DNA of 64,000 bases, taken from positions 320,001-384,000 of the forward strand of contig CAVYNH010000004.1 in NCBI GenBank assembly GCA_963769885.1. Reading direction: 5' to 3'. The stretch comes from Methanobacteriota archaeon. Its GTDB lineage: Archaea; Thermoplasmatota; E2; DHVEG-1. The notes below the pieces were generated by a model. That model had not been told where the DNA came from and did no database searches. It saw only the letters and a list, made by a program, of their open reading frames with translations. Shown piece by piece: positions 9,516 to 20,215 of this stretch. Both the position numbers and the translations under genes were made by a program. How positions within the stretch are numbered: the first letter of the stretch is position 1; each line of letters opens with the position of its first letter.

Positions 9516-11255
9516 ATGGCACAAGAAACAGGAACCATCTACCGCGTCGCCGGCCCCGTCGTCACCGCAGTCGGCATCAAACCCCGCATGTACGACGTCG
9601 TCTACGTCAGCGACCTCAACCTCATGGGCGAAGTCATCCTCATCAGCGGCAACAAATCCGTCATCCAAGTCTACGAAGACACCAGCGGCATCCGCCCCGG
9701 AGAACCCGTCCACGCCACCGGATCACCACTCCTGGCTGAACTCGGTCCAGGCCTCATCACCGGCATCTTCGACGGCATCCAACGCCCCCTCGTCGTCCTC
9801 CAGAAAAAAGCAGGCGACTTCATCACCCGCGGCATCAGCGAACCAGGCCTCGACCGCACCAAACAATGGCAGTTCATCCCCACCGCCAAAAAAGGAGACA
9901 GCGTCGAAGGCGGCACCATCCTCGGAACAAGCCAAGAAACCAAAGACGTCCAACACCGCATCCTCGTCCCCCCTAACATCACCGGCACCATCGAAGACCT
10001 CCACGAAGGCAAATACACCGTCGAAGAACCCTTCTGCAAACTCACCGGAGGCACAACCCTCACGATGCTGCAGCGCTGGCCTGTCCGTACCCCCCGGCCC
10101 TACCGCCAAAAACTCATGCCCGACATCCCCCTCATTACCGGACAGCGCATCTTCGACACCTTCTTCCCCATCGCCAAAGGCGGCACCGCCTGCATCCCCG
10201 GCGGCTTCGGCACCGGCAAAACCGTCATGCAACACCAGCTCGCCAAATGGAGCGACGCCGACATCGTCGTCTACATCGGCTGCGGCGAACGCGGCAATGA
10301 AATGACTGAAGTCCTCACCGACTTCCCCGAACTCAAAAACCCCCGCACCGGACAACCCCTCATGGACCGCACCATCCTCATCGCCAACACCAGCAACATG
10401 CCCGTCGCCGCCCGAGAAGCCAGCATCTACACCGGCATCACCCTCGCCGAATACTACCGCGACCAAGGCTACGGCATCGCCCTCATGGCAGACAGCACCA
10501 GCCGCTGGGCCGAGGCCCTGCGAGAAATCAGCAGCCGCCTCGAAGAGATGCCCGGCGAGGAAGGCTACCCCGCCTACCTCCCCAGCCGCCTCGCCGCTTT
10601 CTACGAACGCTCCGGCCGCGTCACCACCATGAACAACAAAGAAGGCAGCATCACCGTCGTCGGCGCCGTCAGCCCACCCAGCGCAGACTTCTCCGAACCC
10701 GTCACCCAAGACACCCTCAGAATCACCAAAGTCTTCTGGGCGCTCGACACCAACCTCGCCCACCGCCGCCACTTCCCAGCCATCAACTGGCTCGTCTCCT
10801 ACAGCTTCTACCTTAACACCCTGGAGAAATGGTTCGACGACCACATGTCACCAGAATGGAACCTAAACCGCGCCAAAGCCATGGAGATCCTCCAAGAAGA
10901 AGCCTCCCTCCAAGAGATCGTGCAGCTCATCGGCTCAGACGCCCTCCCTGAAAACCAACAGCTCACCCTCGAGATCGCCAGAGCCATCCGCGAAGTCTTC
11001 CTCCAACAGCACGCCGGCCACGACATTGACTCCTTCTGCCCCATCGCCAAACAATACAAGATGCTCAAAGCAATCCTCGATTACGGGAAGCTGGCCAGCG
11101 ACGCCCTCGAAGCCGGCATCCCCATCAGCGACATTTTGAAGATGAAATCACGCGATCTCCTCGCCAACTCCAAATATGAGACCAACTTCGACGAATACCT
11201 CGAGAAAGCCCTGGCTGCGATGCGCAAGGAATTCCAGACAGCGGAGGCGGTCTAA
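9516..11255 (+). CDS. atpA: A-type ATP synthase subunit A
   Basis: Walker [31 protein letters not shown]; no intein. Confidence 0.98.
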   Translation: MAQETGTIYRVAGPVVTAVGIKPRMYDVVYVSDLNLMGEVILISGNKSVIQVYEDTSGIRPGEPVHATGSPLLAELGPGLITGIFDGIQRPLVVLQKKAGDFITRGISEPGLDRTKQWQFIPTAKKGDSVEGGTILGTSQETKDVQHRILVPPNITGTIEDLHEGKYTVEEPFCKLTGGTTLTMLQRWPVRTPRPYRQKLMPDIPLITGQRIFDTFFPIAKGGTACIPGGFGTGKTVMQHQLAKWSDADIVVYIGCGERGNEMTEVLTDFPELKNPRTGQPLMDRTILIANTSNMPVAAREASIYTGITLAEYYRDQGYGIALMADSTSRWAEALREISSRLEEMPGEEGYPAYLPSRLAAFYERSGRVTTMNNKEGSITVVGAVSPPSADFSEPVTQDTLRITKVFWALDTNLAHRRHFPAINWLVSYSFYLNTLEKWFDDHMSPEWNLNRAKAMEILQEEASLQEIVQLIGSDALPENQQLTLEIARAIREVFLQQHAGHDIDSFCPIAKQYKMLKAILDYGKLASDALEAGIPISDILKMKSRDLLANSKYETNFDEYLEKALAAMRKEFQTAEAV

Positions 11256-11257
11256 CC

Positions 11258-12640
11258 ATGGTCAAGGAATACCACACCATCACCCAGATCGCCGGCCCCC
11301 TCATCTTCGTCGAAAAAACCGAGCCGGTCGGCTACAGCGAAGTCGTCCGCATCCAGCTCCCAGACGGCAGCATCCGCCGCGGTCAAGTCCTCGACACCAG
11401 CGGCGACATCATCGTCGTCCAAGTCTTCGAAGGCACCGCCGGCATCGATAAAGCCTCAGGCGTCACCTTCCTTGGGGAAACCATCAAGCTCTCCGTCTCA
11501 CCCGACATCCTCGGCCGCATCTTCGACGGCTCCGGCAACCCCATCGACGGCGGCCCCCGAATCATCCCCGACGAGCGCATGGACACCACCGGCTCCGCGA
11601 TCAACCCTTGGGCCCGCGCCAGCCCCCGCGAGTTCATCCAAACCGGAATCTCCACCATCGACGGCCTCCTGACCCTCGTACGCGGCCAGAAACTCCCCCT
11701 GTTTTCAGGGCCAGGGCTGCCGCACAACGAGATCGCCCTGCAGATCACCCGACAAGCCCGAGTCCTCGGAAAAGAAGAGGAGTTCGCCGTCGTCTTCGGC
11801 GCCATGGGCATCACCAACGAAGAAGCCCAATATTTCATCAAAGACTTCGAACGAACCGGGGCGCTGAAGCGCGCGATCGTGTTCCTGAACCTGGCCAATG
11901 ACCCTGCCGTCGAACGGATCATCACCCCGAGGCTGGCGTTGACCGCTGCCGAATACCTCGCCCTGCGTCAGGACATGCAGGTCCTCGTCATTCTGACCGA
12001 CATGGTGAACTATGCAGAGTCGCTGCGTGAGATCGGTGCGGCCCGCAAAGAAGTCCCCGGCAGGAAAGGCTATCCCGGGTACATGTACACGGACCTGGCA
12101 AGCATCTACGAACGCGCGGTTCGTATCAAGGGCAAGAAAGGCTCAATCACCCAAATCCCGATTCTCTCCATCCCAGATGACGACTGGACGAACCCGGTCG
12201 CAGACCTCACCGGCTATATCACGGAAGGCCAGATCGCGGTGTCCCGTGAGCTGTACCGCAAGGGTATCTACCCGCCGATCAACCCATTGCCCTCTTTGTC
12301 TCGGTTGATGCGCCTCGGGATCGGCCCGGGGATGACTCGGGAAGACCATCGCGACGTCGAGCAGGGCTTATATGCGACCTACGCAAAAGGCCGGGATGTC
12401 CGAGACCTCATCGCGATCATTGGCAAGGAGGCGCTCTCTGAGAACGACAAGAAGTTCCTGGCGTTCACGGATGCCTTCGAGCAGCGGTTCATCCGACAGG
12501 GGAAGAACGAAGACCGCTCCATTGAGGAGACATTAAACCTGGGCTGGGAGCTGCTCAATATGGTGCCGGAGAGCACCCTGACCATGGTCGACCATAAGAT
12601 CCTTGAGCAGTATTACCCGGAGCATCGGAAGAAGAAATAA
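11258..12640 (+). CDS. atpB: A-type ATP synthase subunit B
   Basis: [35 protein letters not shown]. Confidence 0.98.
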   Translation: MVKEYHTITQIAGPLIFVEKTEPVGYSEVVRIQLPDGSIRRGQVLDTSGDIIVVQVFEGTAGIDKASGVTFLGETIKLSVSPDILGRIFDGSGNPIDGGPRIIPDERMDTTGSAINPWARASPREFIQTGISTIDGLLTLVRGQKLPLFSGPGLPHNEIALQITRQARVLGKEEEFAVVFGAMGITNEEAQYFIKDFERTGALKRAIVFLNLANDPAVERIITPRLALTAAEYLALRQDMQVLVILTDMVNYAESLREIGAARKEVPGRKGYPGYMYTDLASIYERAVRIKGKKGSITQIPILSIPDDDWTNPVADLTGYITEGQIAVSRELYRKGIYPPINPLPSLSRLMRLGIGPGMTREDHRDVEQGLYATYAKGRDVRDLIAIIGKEALSENDKKFLAFTDAFEQRFIRQGKNEDRSIEETLNLGWELLNMVPESTLTMVDHKILEQYYPEHRKKK

Positions 12641-13269
12641 TGGTGATACAAGAAATCAAGCCGACACGCAGCGAGCTGCTCGCGATCCAGCGGAGGATCT
12701 CCCTCTACGAGCGAGGCCATAAGCTGCTGAAGATGAAACGGGACGGCCTGGTCATGGAGTTCTTCTCCGTGCTCGCCAAGGTCAAGGACGTCCGCTCGAA
12801 GATCATCGAAGATTACAAAAAGGCCGAGGAGCGGCTGGCGATTGCGACGAGCGTCGACGGCCGGAATGCGGTGCAGTCCGCCGCCTTCGCCATCCGTGAC
12901 GATCCGCACATCAAGATCGGCAGCAAGAACGTCATGGGCGTTGTCGTCCCGACAAGGTTGGAAGGCGGGACGGTGAAGCGCCGTATCGACCAGCGTGGGT
13001 ACGGGGTCACCGGCATCAGCGTCCGCATCGACGAGGCCTCGGATGCCTTCGAGCAGCTCGTCGAGGATATCATCCTGGCCGCGGAGTTTGAGACGACGCT
13101 GCGCCGGCTCATCGACGAGATTGAGAAGAACAAACGGATTGTCAACGCCTTGGAGTTCCGGATCATCCCTGAGTTGAAAAGACAGGTGTCGTTCATCCGG
13201 GCGCGTCTTGAGGAGATGGAGCGGGAGAACATCTTCCGGCTGATTAGGATTAAGGGCAGCCAGGTGTGA
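12640..13269 (+). CDS. atpD: A-type ATP synthase subunit D
   Basis: KPTRSEL, GHKLLKMKRDGL, RIVNALE, LEEMERE. Confidence 0.96.
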   Translation: MVIQEIKPTRSELLAIQRRISLYERGHKLLKMKRDGLVMEFFSVLAKVKDVRSKIIEDYKKAEERLAIATSVDGRNAVQSAAFAIRDDPHIKIGSKNVMGVVVPTRLEGGTVKRRIDQRGYGVTGISVRIDEASDAFEQLVEDIILAAEFETTLRRLIDEIEKNKRIVNALEFRIIPELKRQVSFIRARLEEMERENIFRLIRIKGSQV

Positions 13270-13276
13270 CGGGCGG

Positions 13277-13408
13277 ATGCGGAAGCGTTTCGAGGAGGCC
13301 TGGCGGGATCCGGAGAGGAAGGCGAAGCTGCTGTTCTGGATCTGGATCCTCTCCCTAGTCATGACCGTAGTCGGCTACGCGATCATCTTTTTCACTTTGC
13401 TCCAGTAA
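13277..13408 (+). CDS. 43-aa single-TM microprotein after atpD
   Basis: MRKRFEEAWRDPERKAKLLFWIWILSLVMTVVGYAIIFFTLLQ; starts 7 nt after atpD stop; below the ORF-track cutoff. Confidence 0.65.
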   Translation: MRKRFEEAWRDPERKAKLLFWIWILSLVMTVVGYAIIFFTLLQ

Positions 13409-13454
13409 AAAGGGAAGAAGAAAGAGTGAAGGGCCTGTGGCCCTATCTCGTTTT

Positions 13455-15953
13455 TTAGGCTTGTTGTCCGGACATAATCCGCATGCCGTAGAAGCTGCGG
13501 TAGACGAAGGTCATGCTGACGGCCAGGAACACGGCGAAGAGGACGTAGTTGAGGTTCGGATACTGGTTGGAGAGGCTCACGGCAAGCGAGACGGCCAGGA
13601 GCCCGAACAGGGTGGTGAACTTGATGATCGGGTTCATGGCGACCGATGAGGTGTCCTTGAAGGGGTCGCCGACCGTGTCGCCGATGACGGTCGCCGCGTG
13701 CAGGTCCGTGCCTTTCTCCTTGAGGTCGACCTCGACGATCTTCTTGGCGTTGTCCCAGGCGCCACCCGCGTTTGCCATGAAGATGGCCTGGAAGAGTCCG
13801 AAAACGGCGATGCTGATCAGGTAGCCTATAAAGAAGAATGGCTCGAAGAAGGCGAAGGCGAGGGTGGCGAAGAAGACGGCGATGAAGATGTTGAACATCC
13901 CTTTCTGGGCGTACTTGGTGCAGATGGCAACGACTTTCTTGCTGTCCTCGACGGATGCTCTTTCCACGCCTTCGAGCTTGATGTTCTTTTTAATGAACTC
14001 GACGGCCCGGTAAGCACCGGTGCCCACAGCCTGGGTCGATGCACCCGTGAACCAGTAAATCATGGCGCCACCGGTGATGAGGCCGAGGAAGAACGGAGGG
14101 TGCAGGAGGCTGAGGTTCGCAATGTTCGTCTGCAGGCCGTTCGTCAGCAGGACGATGATGGAGAAAATCATGGTAGTAGCCCCGACGACTGCAGTACCGA
14201 TAAGGACGGGTTTGGCAGAGGCCTTGAAGGTGTTACCAGCGCCATCTCCTTCTTCGAGGAGGAGTTTGCCGTGCTCGAAATCTGGCTCGAAGCCGTAATC
14301 GCGTTTGATCTCTTCTTTGATGCCTGGCTGCTGCTCAATCAGTGAGAGTTCGTAGATGGATTGGGCGTTATCCGCCACCGGTCCGTAGCTGTCAACCGCG
14401 ATGGTGACAGGGCCCATGCCGAGGAACCCGAAGGCGACGAGCCCGAAGGCAAAGACCGCGTAGATTAAGGGATTGATTGAGAGAGCGGCCAACCCACCTA
14501 CATTTTCACCAAGAGCGTTAACATGAGCACCGTAGGTGCTGACCCCGAATGCGATGCCCATGAGTAGGACGATGGTTAACCCAAGCCAGTAGGCGCTGAA
14601 GTTGCCGTCGACGAATCCGGAGAGGATGCCAAGAGACGGTCCGCTTTTGTCGCTAGTGACGATTTCTTTGACGTGACGGGATTTGGTGGAGGTGAAGACT
14701 TTGACGAACTCGGGGATGATAGCACCGGCCATGGTGCCGCAGGAGATCACGATGCTGAGTTTCCACCAGAGGGTTGGGTCGGAGAGGTTGCCGAGGAGGA
14801 AGTAGGAGGCGATGAAGGTGAAGGCGACAGAGACGAAGCTGGTGAGCCAGACGAGGGTGGTGAGAGGGGATTCGAAGTTCATGGTCTTGGCGTTGCGGTA
14901 GCGGGCGAGGGTGAGGGCGTCGTTGATGAGGTAGGAGAACATGCTGGAGAAAATCATGAGGATGCGCATCAGGAAGATCCAGACGAGGAGGAGGATCTTG
15001 ATGGCGGGATCCGCGACCGCGACGATGATGAAGGTGATGAGGGCGACGCCGGTGACGCCGTAGGTCTCGAAGCCGTCCGCGGTGGGGCCGACCGAGTCTC
15101 CTGCGTTGTCGCCGGTGCAGTCTGCGATGACGCCGGGGTTGCGGGCGTCGTCTTCTTTGATTTTGAAGACGATCTTCATGAGGTCGGAGCCGATGTCTGC
15201 GATTTTGGTGAAGATGCCGCCGGCGATTCTGAGGGCGGCGGCGCCGAGGGATTCGCCGATGGCGAAGCCGACGAAGCAGGGGCCGGCGTAGTCGCCGGGG
15301 ATGAAGAGCAGGATCGCGAGCATCATGAAGAGTTCGACGCTGATGAGGAACATGCCGATGCTGATGCCTGCTTTGAGGGGGATGCGGTTGACTTGGACGG
15401 CTTTGCCGGTGAGGCTGGAGAAGGCGCTGCGGCTGTTGGCGAGGGTGTTGAGTCGGATGCCGAACCAGGCGACGCTGTAGCTGCCTGCGATGCCGATGAG
15501 GCTGAAGATGAGGATGATGGCGATTTGGAAGGGGGCGTAGTTGGAGATGCCGAAGTAGATGACGATGACGATGCCGATGAAGAGTTCGAGGAGGAGGAGG
15601 AATTTGCCTTGGGTGATGAGGTAGGTTTTGCAGGTTTCGTAGATGAGTTCGGAGATGTCGCGCATGGATTTGTGGACGGGGAGGCGTTTGAGGGTGAGGT
15701 AGTTGTAGAGTCCGAAGGCGAGTCCGATGAGGCAGGCGACGAGGCCGATCATGAGGAGGGCTCTGGCGTTGATGCCGAAGTAGGTTTGGGTGCCCAGGTC
15801 AGGGAGTTTGAGGCTGGCTTCGCCGCTGGGTTCGGCGGCGAGGATGCTGGGGGCGGTTGTGAGGAAGAGGATGCTGAGTAGGAGCCCGATGGCGAGGAGT
15901 CGGTGGACTTGGTGTCTGTTTTTCTGTGGGGATCTTCTCATGGTGTGGACCAT
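13455..15953 (-). CDS. hppA: Membrane-bound pyrophosphatase, divergent H+-PPase type
   Basis: GGIFTKIADIGSDLMK, EDDARNPGVIADCTGDNAGD, GNTFKA, GGAWDNAKK, DTVGDPFKDTS. Confidence 0.95.
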   Translation of the reverse strand: MVHTMRRSPQKNRHQVHRLLAIGLLLSILFLTTAPSILAAEPSGEASLKLPDLGTQTYFGINARALLMIGLVACLIGLAFGLYNYLTLKRLPVHKSMRDISELIYETCKTYLITQGKFLLLLELFIGIVIVIYFGISNYAPFQIAIILIFSLIGIAGSYSVAWFGIRLNTLANSRSAFSSLTGKAVQVNRIPLKAGISIGMFLISVELFMMLAILLFIPGDYAGPCFVGFAIGESLGAAALRIAGGIFTKIADIGSDLMKIVFKIKEDDARNPGVIADCTGDNAGDSVGPTADGFETYGVTGVALITFIIVAVADPAIKILLLVWIFLMRILMIFSSMFSYLINDALTLARYRNAKTMNFESPLTTLVWLTSFVSVAFTFIASYFLLGNLSDPTLWWKLSIVISCGTMAGAIIPEFVKVFTSTKSRHVKEIVTSDKSGPSLGILSGFVDGNFSAYWLGLTIVLLMGIAFGVSTYGAHVNALGENVGGLAALSINPLIYAVFAFGLVAFGFLGMGPVTIAVDSYGPVADNAQSIYELSLIEQQPGIKEEIKRDYGFEPDFEHGKLLLEEGDGAGNTFKASAKPVLIGTAVVGATTMIFSIIVLLTNGLQTNIANLSLLHPPFFLGLITGGAMIYWFTGASTQAVGTGAYRAVEFIKKNIKLEGVERASVEDSKKVVAICTKYAQKGMFNIFIAVFFATLAFAFFEPFFFIGYLISIAVFGLFQAIFMANAGGAWDNAKKIVEVDLKEKGTDLHAATVIGDTVGDPFKDTSSVAMNPIIKFTTLFGLLAVSLAVSLSNQYPNLNYVLFAVFLAVSMTFVYRSFYGMRIMSGQQA

Positions 15954-16054
15954 CTCCTTTTTGTTTACCCTGAATCTGGTGTTTCTATTTAAAGGAACGT
16001 CTTGCGTGGGTTGTAGAATATTGTCTCCCAGGTATGAAGGATGGAAAATGGGGT

Positions 16055-17299
16055 TTAGGGAGCCGTGGTTCCGATGCTGGCTTTCTTTCTTTTCACATCG
16101 ACGTAGCGTGCGACCATGAGGAGGCTCATGGCGACGGCGCTGATAATCATGAATATTAGGACGCCGAGGCCGCCGTAGCGGTCGGAGATGCCGGCGATGG
16201 CGGGGATGCCGATGAACATGCCTGCGCTGATGACGATGCTGTAGACGGCCATGGTGACGCCTCGCATCGACTCCTTCGCCTCGTCCGCAAGCGAGGACAG
16301 CGCGGAGGGCCCGAAGGCGAGGGCCATGAACCCGAACAGTGCGAGGAGCGGCCAGTAGGCGATGATGTTGGTCTTGATGGCGCCCTCGGTCATGGGGCTG
16401 GCGGTGAGGTAGCCGATGCCCAGGACGGTCATGATGCCGACGAAGCCGATGGTGCCGACGACCATGATGGGCAGCCGGCCGTACTTATCGGACAACCTGC
16501 CGTAGAAGTACTGGGTGAGGATGAGGAAGGCACCGCCGCCGGCGATGAGCCCAGCGAGGTATATAGGGGGGATGGTGAGGACGCCTTGGGAGGTGGAGAC
16601 GGTGAGGAAGGTGAGGGCGGCGCCGATGATCATGAAGACGATGAACCAGGGGAGGGTGACGAGGAGGATGGACCGCTGGCGCAGGACCGCAATGATGTTG
16701 CGGAACTCGATCTTCTTGGCGAGGATGTCGTGTTTCTTCGGCTCGGTGATGTTGACGGCGGAGTAGATGACGCCGACCATGGCCATGATGCCGGCGACAG
16801 CGAAGGTCATACCAAGGCTGCCTTTGAAGAATTCGAGGAAGAGGGCGCCGACCGCGAAGCCGAAGATCCAGCCGAGGAGGTTGAAGGCGTCGAAGGCGCC
16901 CATCTCGCGGCCGCGGCGGTCCTCGGGGGCGTAGTCGGTGAGCAACGCAAGCGATGAGACGAGGATGGAGCCGGCGGCGACGCCGTGGCCGGCGTTGAGG
17001 AGGAAGACGGCGTAGAGGTTGGTGGTGAGGGAGAGGGCGAAGAGGAGGAGGCCGGCGCTGAGGAGGCCGAGGAGGAGGATGATCTTGCGGCCGTAGCGGT
17101 CGACGATGGTGCCGATGAACAGGACGGTGCCCATCTCGAAGAGGGGTGAGGCGGCGGCGACGATGCCGTAGCCCAGGTACGTGGTGGTGATGCCCAGGTA
17201 TATGGGCAGGGTTGCGAGCATGATTCCGAAGCTGGCGCGGATGAAGAAGGTGGAGATGTAGAGGGAGGAGAGGAGTCTGAGGGGCGGGTGTTGGGGCAT
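16055..17299 (-). CDS. MFS transporter
   Basis: GTIVDRYGRK and GRLSDKYGR MFS motif A, 12 TM; start 17299 follows a TATA-like box, alternative GTG at 17398. Confidence 0.88.
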   Translation of the reverse strand: MPQHPPLRLLSSLYISTFFIRASFGIMLATLPIYLGITTTYLGYGIVAAASPLFEMGTVLFIGTIVDRYGRKIILLLGLLSAGLLLFALSLTTNLYAVFLLNAGHGVAAGSILVSSLALLTDYAPEDRRGREMGAFDAFNLLGWIFGFAVGALFLEFFKGSLGMTFAVAGIMAMVGVIYSAVNITEPKKHDILAKKIEFRNIIAVLRQRSILLVTLPWFIVFMIIGAALTFLTVSTSQGVLTIPPIYLAGLIAGGGAFLILTQYFYGRLSDKYGRLPIMVVGTIGFVGIMTVLGIGYLTASPMTEGAIKTNIIAYWPLLALFGFMALAFGPSALSSLADEAKESMRGVTMAVYSIVISAGMFIGIPAIAGISDRYGGLGVLIFMIISAVAMSLLMVARYVDVKRKKASIGTTAP

Positions 17300-17566
17300 C
17301 CTAGTAGTGTGTATTTGGGTGGCGTTTAAAAAGGGATTCTGTGTGGGGGGGGGGGGTGTTTCTCCTGTTTCTTTCGTTTGCTGTGGTTTTTCCTTCACGG
17401 GATGCGAAGCGTTGGGTGTTTTAAATATGGGTTGTTGTTTTTGGGTGGTTTTGTGTCTTTTTGTTGCATTGGTTAGGGGTGTGGTTTTTAAGCAAAGGCT
17501 TTTAAATGTTTATTCGCAATATGCCGGCTCAGTCCTTGTGGTTGGAACGAAGAGCACGATTCCCCG

Positions 17567-19552
17567 ATGCAGAATGATAACGGTGCCAAAGGTGGTTTGC
17601 TTTATCGGATTCGCTGTAAGCTGATTGGCCGGCCGCGGAACATCAGGGATCCTCTTTTGTTTCAGACGATTTCTCTGATTGCGCTGTTGTCGTGGATCGG
17701 GCTCGGGGCGGATGGGTTGTCCTCGTCGTCGTACGGGCCGGAGGCGGCGTTCAATGAGATCCTCCACCATCCATATATCGCCGTTTTCCTGGCGATCGCG
17801 ACCGCGGCGACGGTATTCATCATCTCGTACACCTATTCGAAGATCATCGAGGAGTTCCCGCATGGCGGCGGCGGCTACATCGTCGCGACGCACACGCTTG
17901 GGCGGGTGCCCGGGGTGGTCTCCGGGTCCGCGTTACTCGTGGACTACGTGCTGACAATCGCGGTGTCCATCTCAGCATGCGGGGACGCAATCTTCAGCTT
18001 CATCCCCCCGGAATATCAGGTATATAAGCTTTCGGTGAAACTTGGTTTAATCCTGTTTCTCGTCGTCTTGAATCTGCGGGGAGTGAAGGAGTCGGTGAAG
18101 GTGCTGGCGCCAATCTTCCTGTTGTTTCTCGTGATGCATGTGTTGCTGCTTGGCTGGGGGCTGGCGAGTAACGTGCCGCATATCGGGTCGCATGCAGCGA
18201 GTGTGACCACGAGCCTACGGTCAGATGTCGCCGCGATCGGGCTTGTCGGTGTGTTCGCGATTTTCCTACGAGCCTTTTCCTTAGGTGCGGGGACGTACAC
18301 CGGAATCGAGGCGGTGTCGAACGGTCTGCAGATCATGCGTCAACCGCGGGTGCAGACTGGGAAGCGGACGATGATGTACATGGCGATTTCGCTGTCGGCG
18401 GTCGCCGGCGGCATTCTGCTATGTTACTTCTTGACCGATATCCAACCAGTGAAGAATCAGACGTTGAACGCGGTGCTGGCGAACACGTTGTTCAGCGGCT
18501 GGCCGGCCGGGTACTGGATTGCGGCTCTAATCATCTTCTCGGAGGCGCTGCTGTTGATTGTAGCGTCGCAAACCGGGTTTATCGACGGCCCACGGGTCAT
18601 GGCGAACATGGCCGTAGACTCCTGGTTCCCGAAGAAGTTCGCGGCGCTGTCAGAGCGACTGACGATCCAGAACGGCGTGCTGGTCATGGGTATCTCCGCG
18701 CTACTAGTAGTTGGGTTAAGTCTCGGAAAAGTATCAATCCTGGTGATTATGTACGCGATCAATGTGTTCGTCACGTTCTCGCTGTCGCAGCTGGGAATGG
18801 CGCGGTTCACGCTCAAGAATCGGATGAAGAACCCGCATTGGCGGCGGCGGTTCACAATCTTCGCTGTGGGGTTTGCCGTGTGCTTCACGATTTTGATGGT
18901 GACGGTCCTTGAGAAGTTCAGGGAGGGCGGCTATGTGACTTTGGTGGTCACAGCAGTCATCATCCTGATCTGTTATACGATTTACCGGCATTACCAGAAA
19001 GTGAGAACCGCGATGAAGAAGTTCGACGAGGTCCTGATGCTTTCAAATATTCATCTTGCGGACAAGCCGAACACCAAGGCGATTGACCCGACGAAGCGGA
19101 CTGCGGTGCTGCTCGTCCGGCGGTACGACGGCTTCAGCGTCAACACCTTCCTACAGCTGATCCGCAACTTCCCAGGGCTGTACAGCAACATCATCTTCAC
19201 CGCGGTCGCGGAGGTCGACTCCGGGTCGTTCAAGGGCCGCGAGGAGCTGGAGTCGCTGGAGAAGTCGGTGCGCGGTGACATGATGAAGTATGTGAAGCTG
19301 GCGCGGGCGCTGGGGTTCGCCGCGGACTACCGCATGGACATCGGTACGGATGTGGTCGCGACCGCGTCCTCGCTGTGCGAGTCGATCGCGCATGAGTTCC
19401 CGATCGTCACGTTCTTCACTGGAAAACTGTGCTTTAGACATGAGACGATCTTCCATAAGCTGTTGCATAACGAGACGGCGTTGGCGGTGCAGCGGCGGCT
19501 GCAGTGGGATGGGCTACCGGTCGTTATCATCCCCGTCCCCGTCGAAATCTAA
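17567..19552 (+). CDS. APC-superfamily permease, KimA/YdaO-like (possible K+ uptake)
   Basis: DGLSSSSYGPE, GGGGY, TGIEAVSNG motifs plus soluble C-terminal domain. Confidence 0.82.
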   Translation: MQNDNGAKGGLLYRIRCKLIGRPRNIRDPLLFQTISLIALLSWIGLGADGLSSSSYGPEAAFNEILHHPYIAVFLAIATAATVFIISYTYSKIIEEFPHGGGGYIVATHTLGRVPGVVSGSALLVDYVLTIAVSISACGDAIFSFIPPEYQVYKLSVKLGLILFLVVLNLRGVKESVKVLAPIFLLFLVMHVLLLGWGLASNVPHIGSHAASVTTSLRSDVAAIGLVGVFAIFLRAFSLGAGTYTGIEAVSNGLQIMRQPRVQTGKRTMMYMAISLSAVAGGILLCYFLTDIQPVKNQTLNAVLANTLFSGWPAGYWIAALIIFSEALLLIVASQTGFIDGPRVMANMAVDSWFPKKFAALSERLTIQNGVLVMGISALLVVGLSLGKVSILVIMYAINVFVTFSLSQLGMARFTLKNRMKNPHWRRRFTIFAVGFAVCFTILMVTVLEKFREGGYVTLVVTAVIILICYTIYRHYQKVRTAMKKFDEVLMLSNIHLADKPNTKAIDPTKRTAVLLVRRYDGFSVNTFLQLIRNFPGLYSNIIFTAVAEVDSGSFKGREELESLEKSVRGDMMKYVKLARALGFAADYRMDIGTDVVATASSLCESIAHEFPIVTFFTGKLCFRHETIFHKLLHNETALAVQRRLQWDGLPVVIIPVPVEI

Positions 19553-19560
19553 TCGAGTTT

Positions 19561-20184
19561 TTAGGGAATCCTGGCGAAGTCCTGCAGGGTCCGGGCGCGC
19601 AGGGTCTTGTTCGTCTTCTTCTGGTTGCCCAGCGTATCAAAGGGTTTGTCGCCGTAGTCGTGGCCGGGGTAGACGATGAGGTAGTCCGGGAGTGGGAGTA
19701 TTTTATGCTGGAGGGTATCGTACATCTGCTCCAGGCTGCCGTCGCCGAGGTCGGTTCGGCCGCAGTCGCCGATGAAGAGCGTGTCGCCCGTGATGAGCGC
19801 CTGGTCGTCGACGAGGAGGCAGATGCCGCCCGGGGTATGCCCGGGGGTGCTGATGATGGTGATCGAGATGCTGCCCACAGGGAGGGTGCTGCCGTCGGAG
19901 ACGACGAGGTCGGGGTGGACTCTGAGGTAGCGGCCGTCGGTTTGGCTGGCGACAACCTTGGCCGAGGGGTGCGCCTTCTTGGCTGTGGGGAGGGCAGCGG
20001 TGTGGTCCCCGTGGTAGTGAGTGATAATAATATAGAGAAGGGCGAGGCGTTTGTCCGCTATTTGTTTGAGGGCGGCTGTTGCGTCGGTGCCGGGGTCGAC
20101 GAGGGCCGCCTGCATGTCGCTTGTGATGAGGTAGCTGAAGTTATCGACGCCGACGCGGATCTGTTCGATGGTCACTCTCGTCAC
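19561..20184 (-). CDS. Metallo-beta-lactamase fold hydrolase (glyoxalase II-like)
   Basis: THYHGDH, TPGHTPG, TGDTLF, YPGHDY. Confidence 0.9.
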   Translation of the reverse strand: MTRVTIEQIRVGVDNFSYLITSDMQAALVDPGTDATAALKQIADKRLALLYIIITHYHGDHTAALPTAKKAHPSAKVVASQTDGRYLRVHPDLVVSDGSTLPVGSISITIISTPGHTPGGICLLVDDQALITGDTLFIGDCGRTDLGDGSLEQMYDTLQHKILPLPDYLIVYPGHDYGDKPFDTLGNQKKTNKTLRARTLQDFARIP

Positions 20185-20215
20185 CCGACGATGATGGGAG
20201 AATGGCCTGGGTTCT

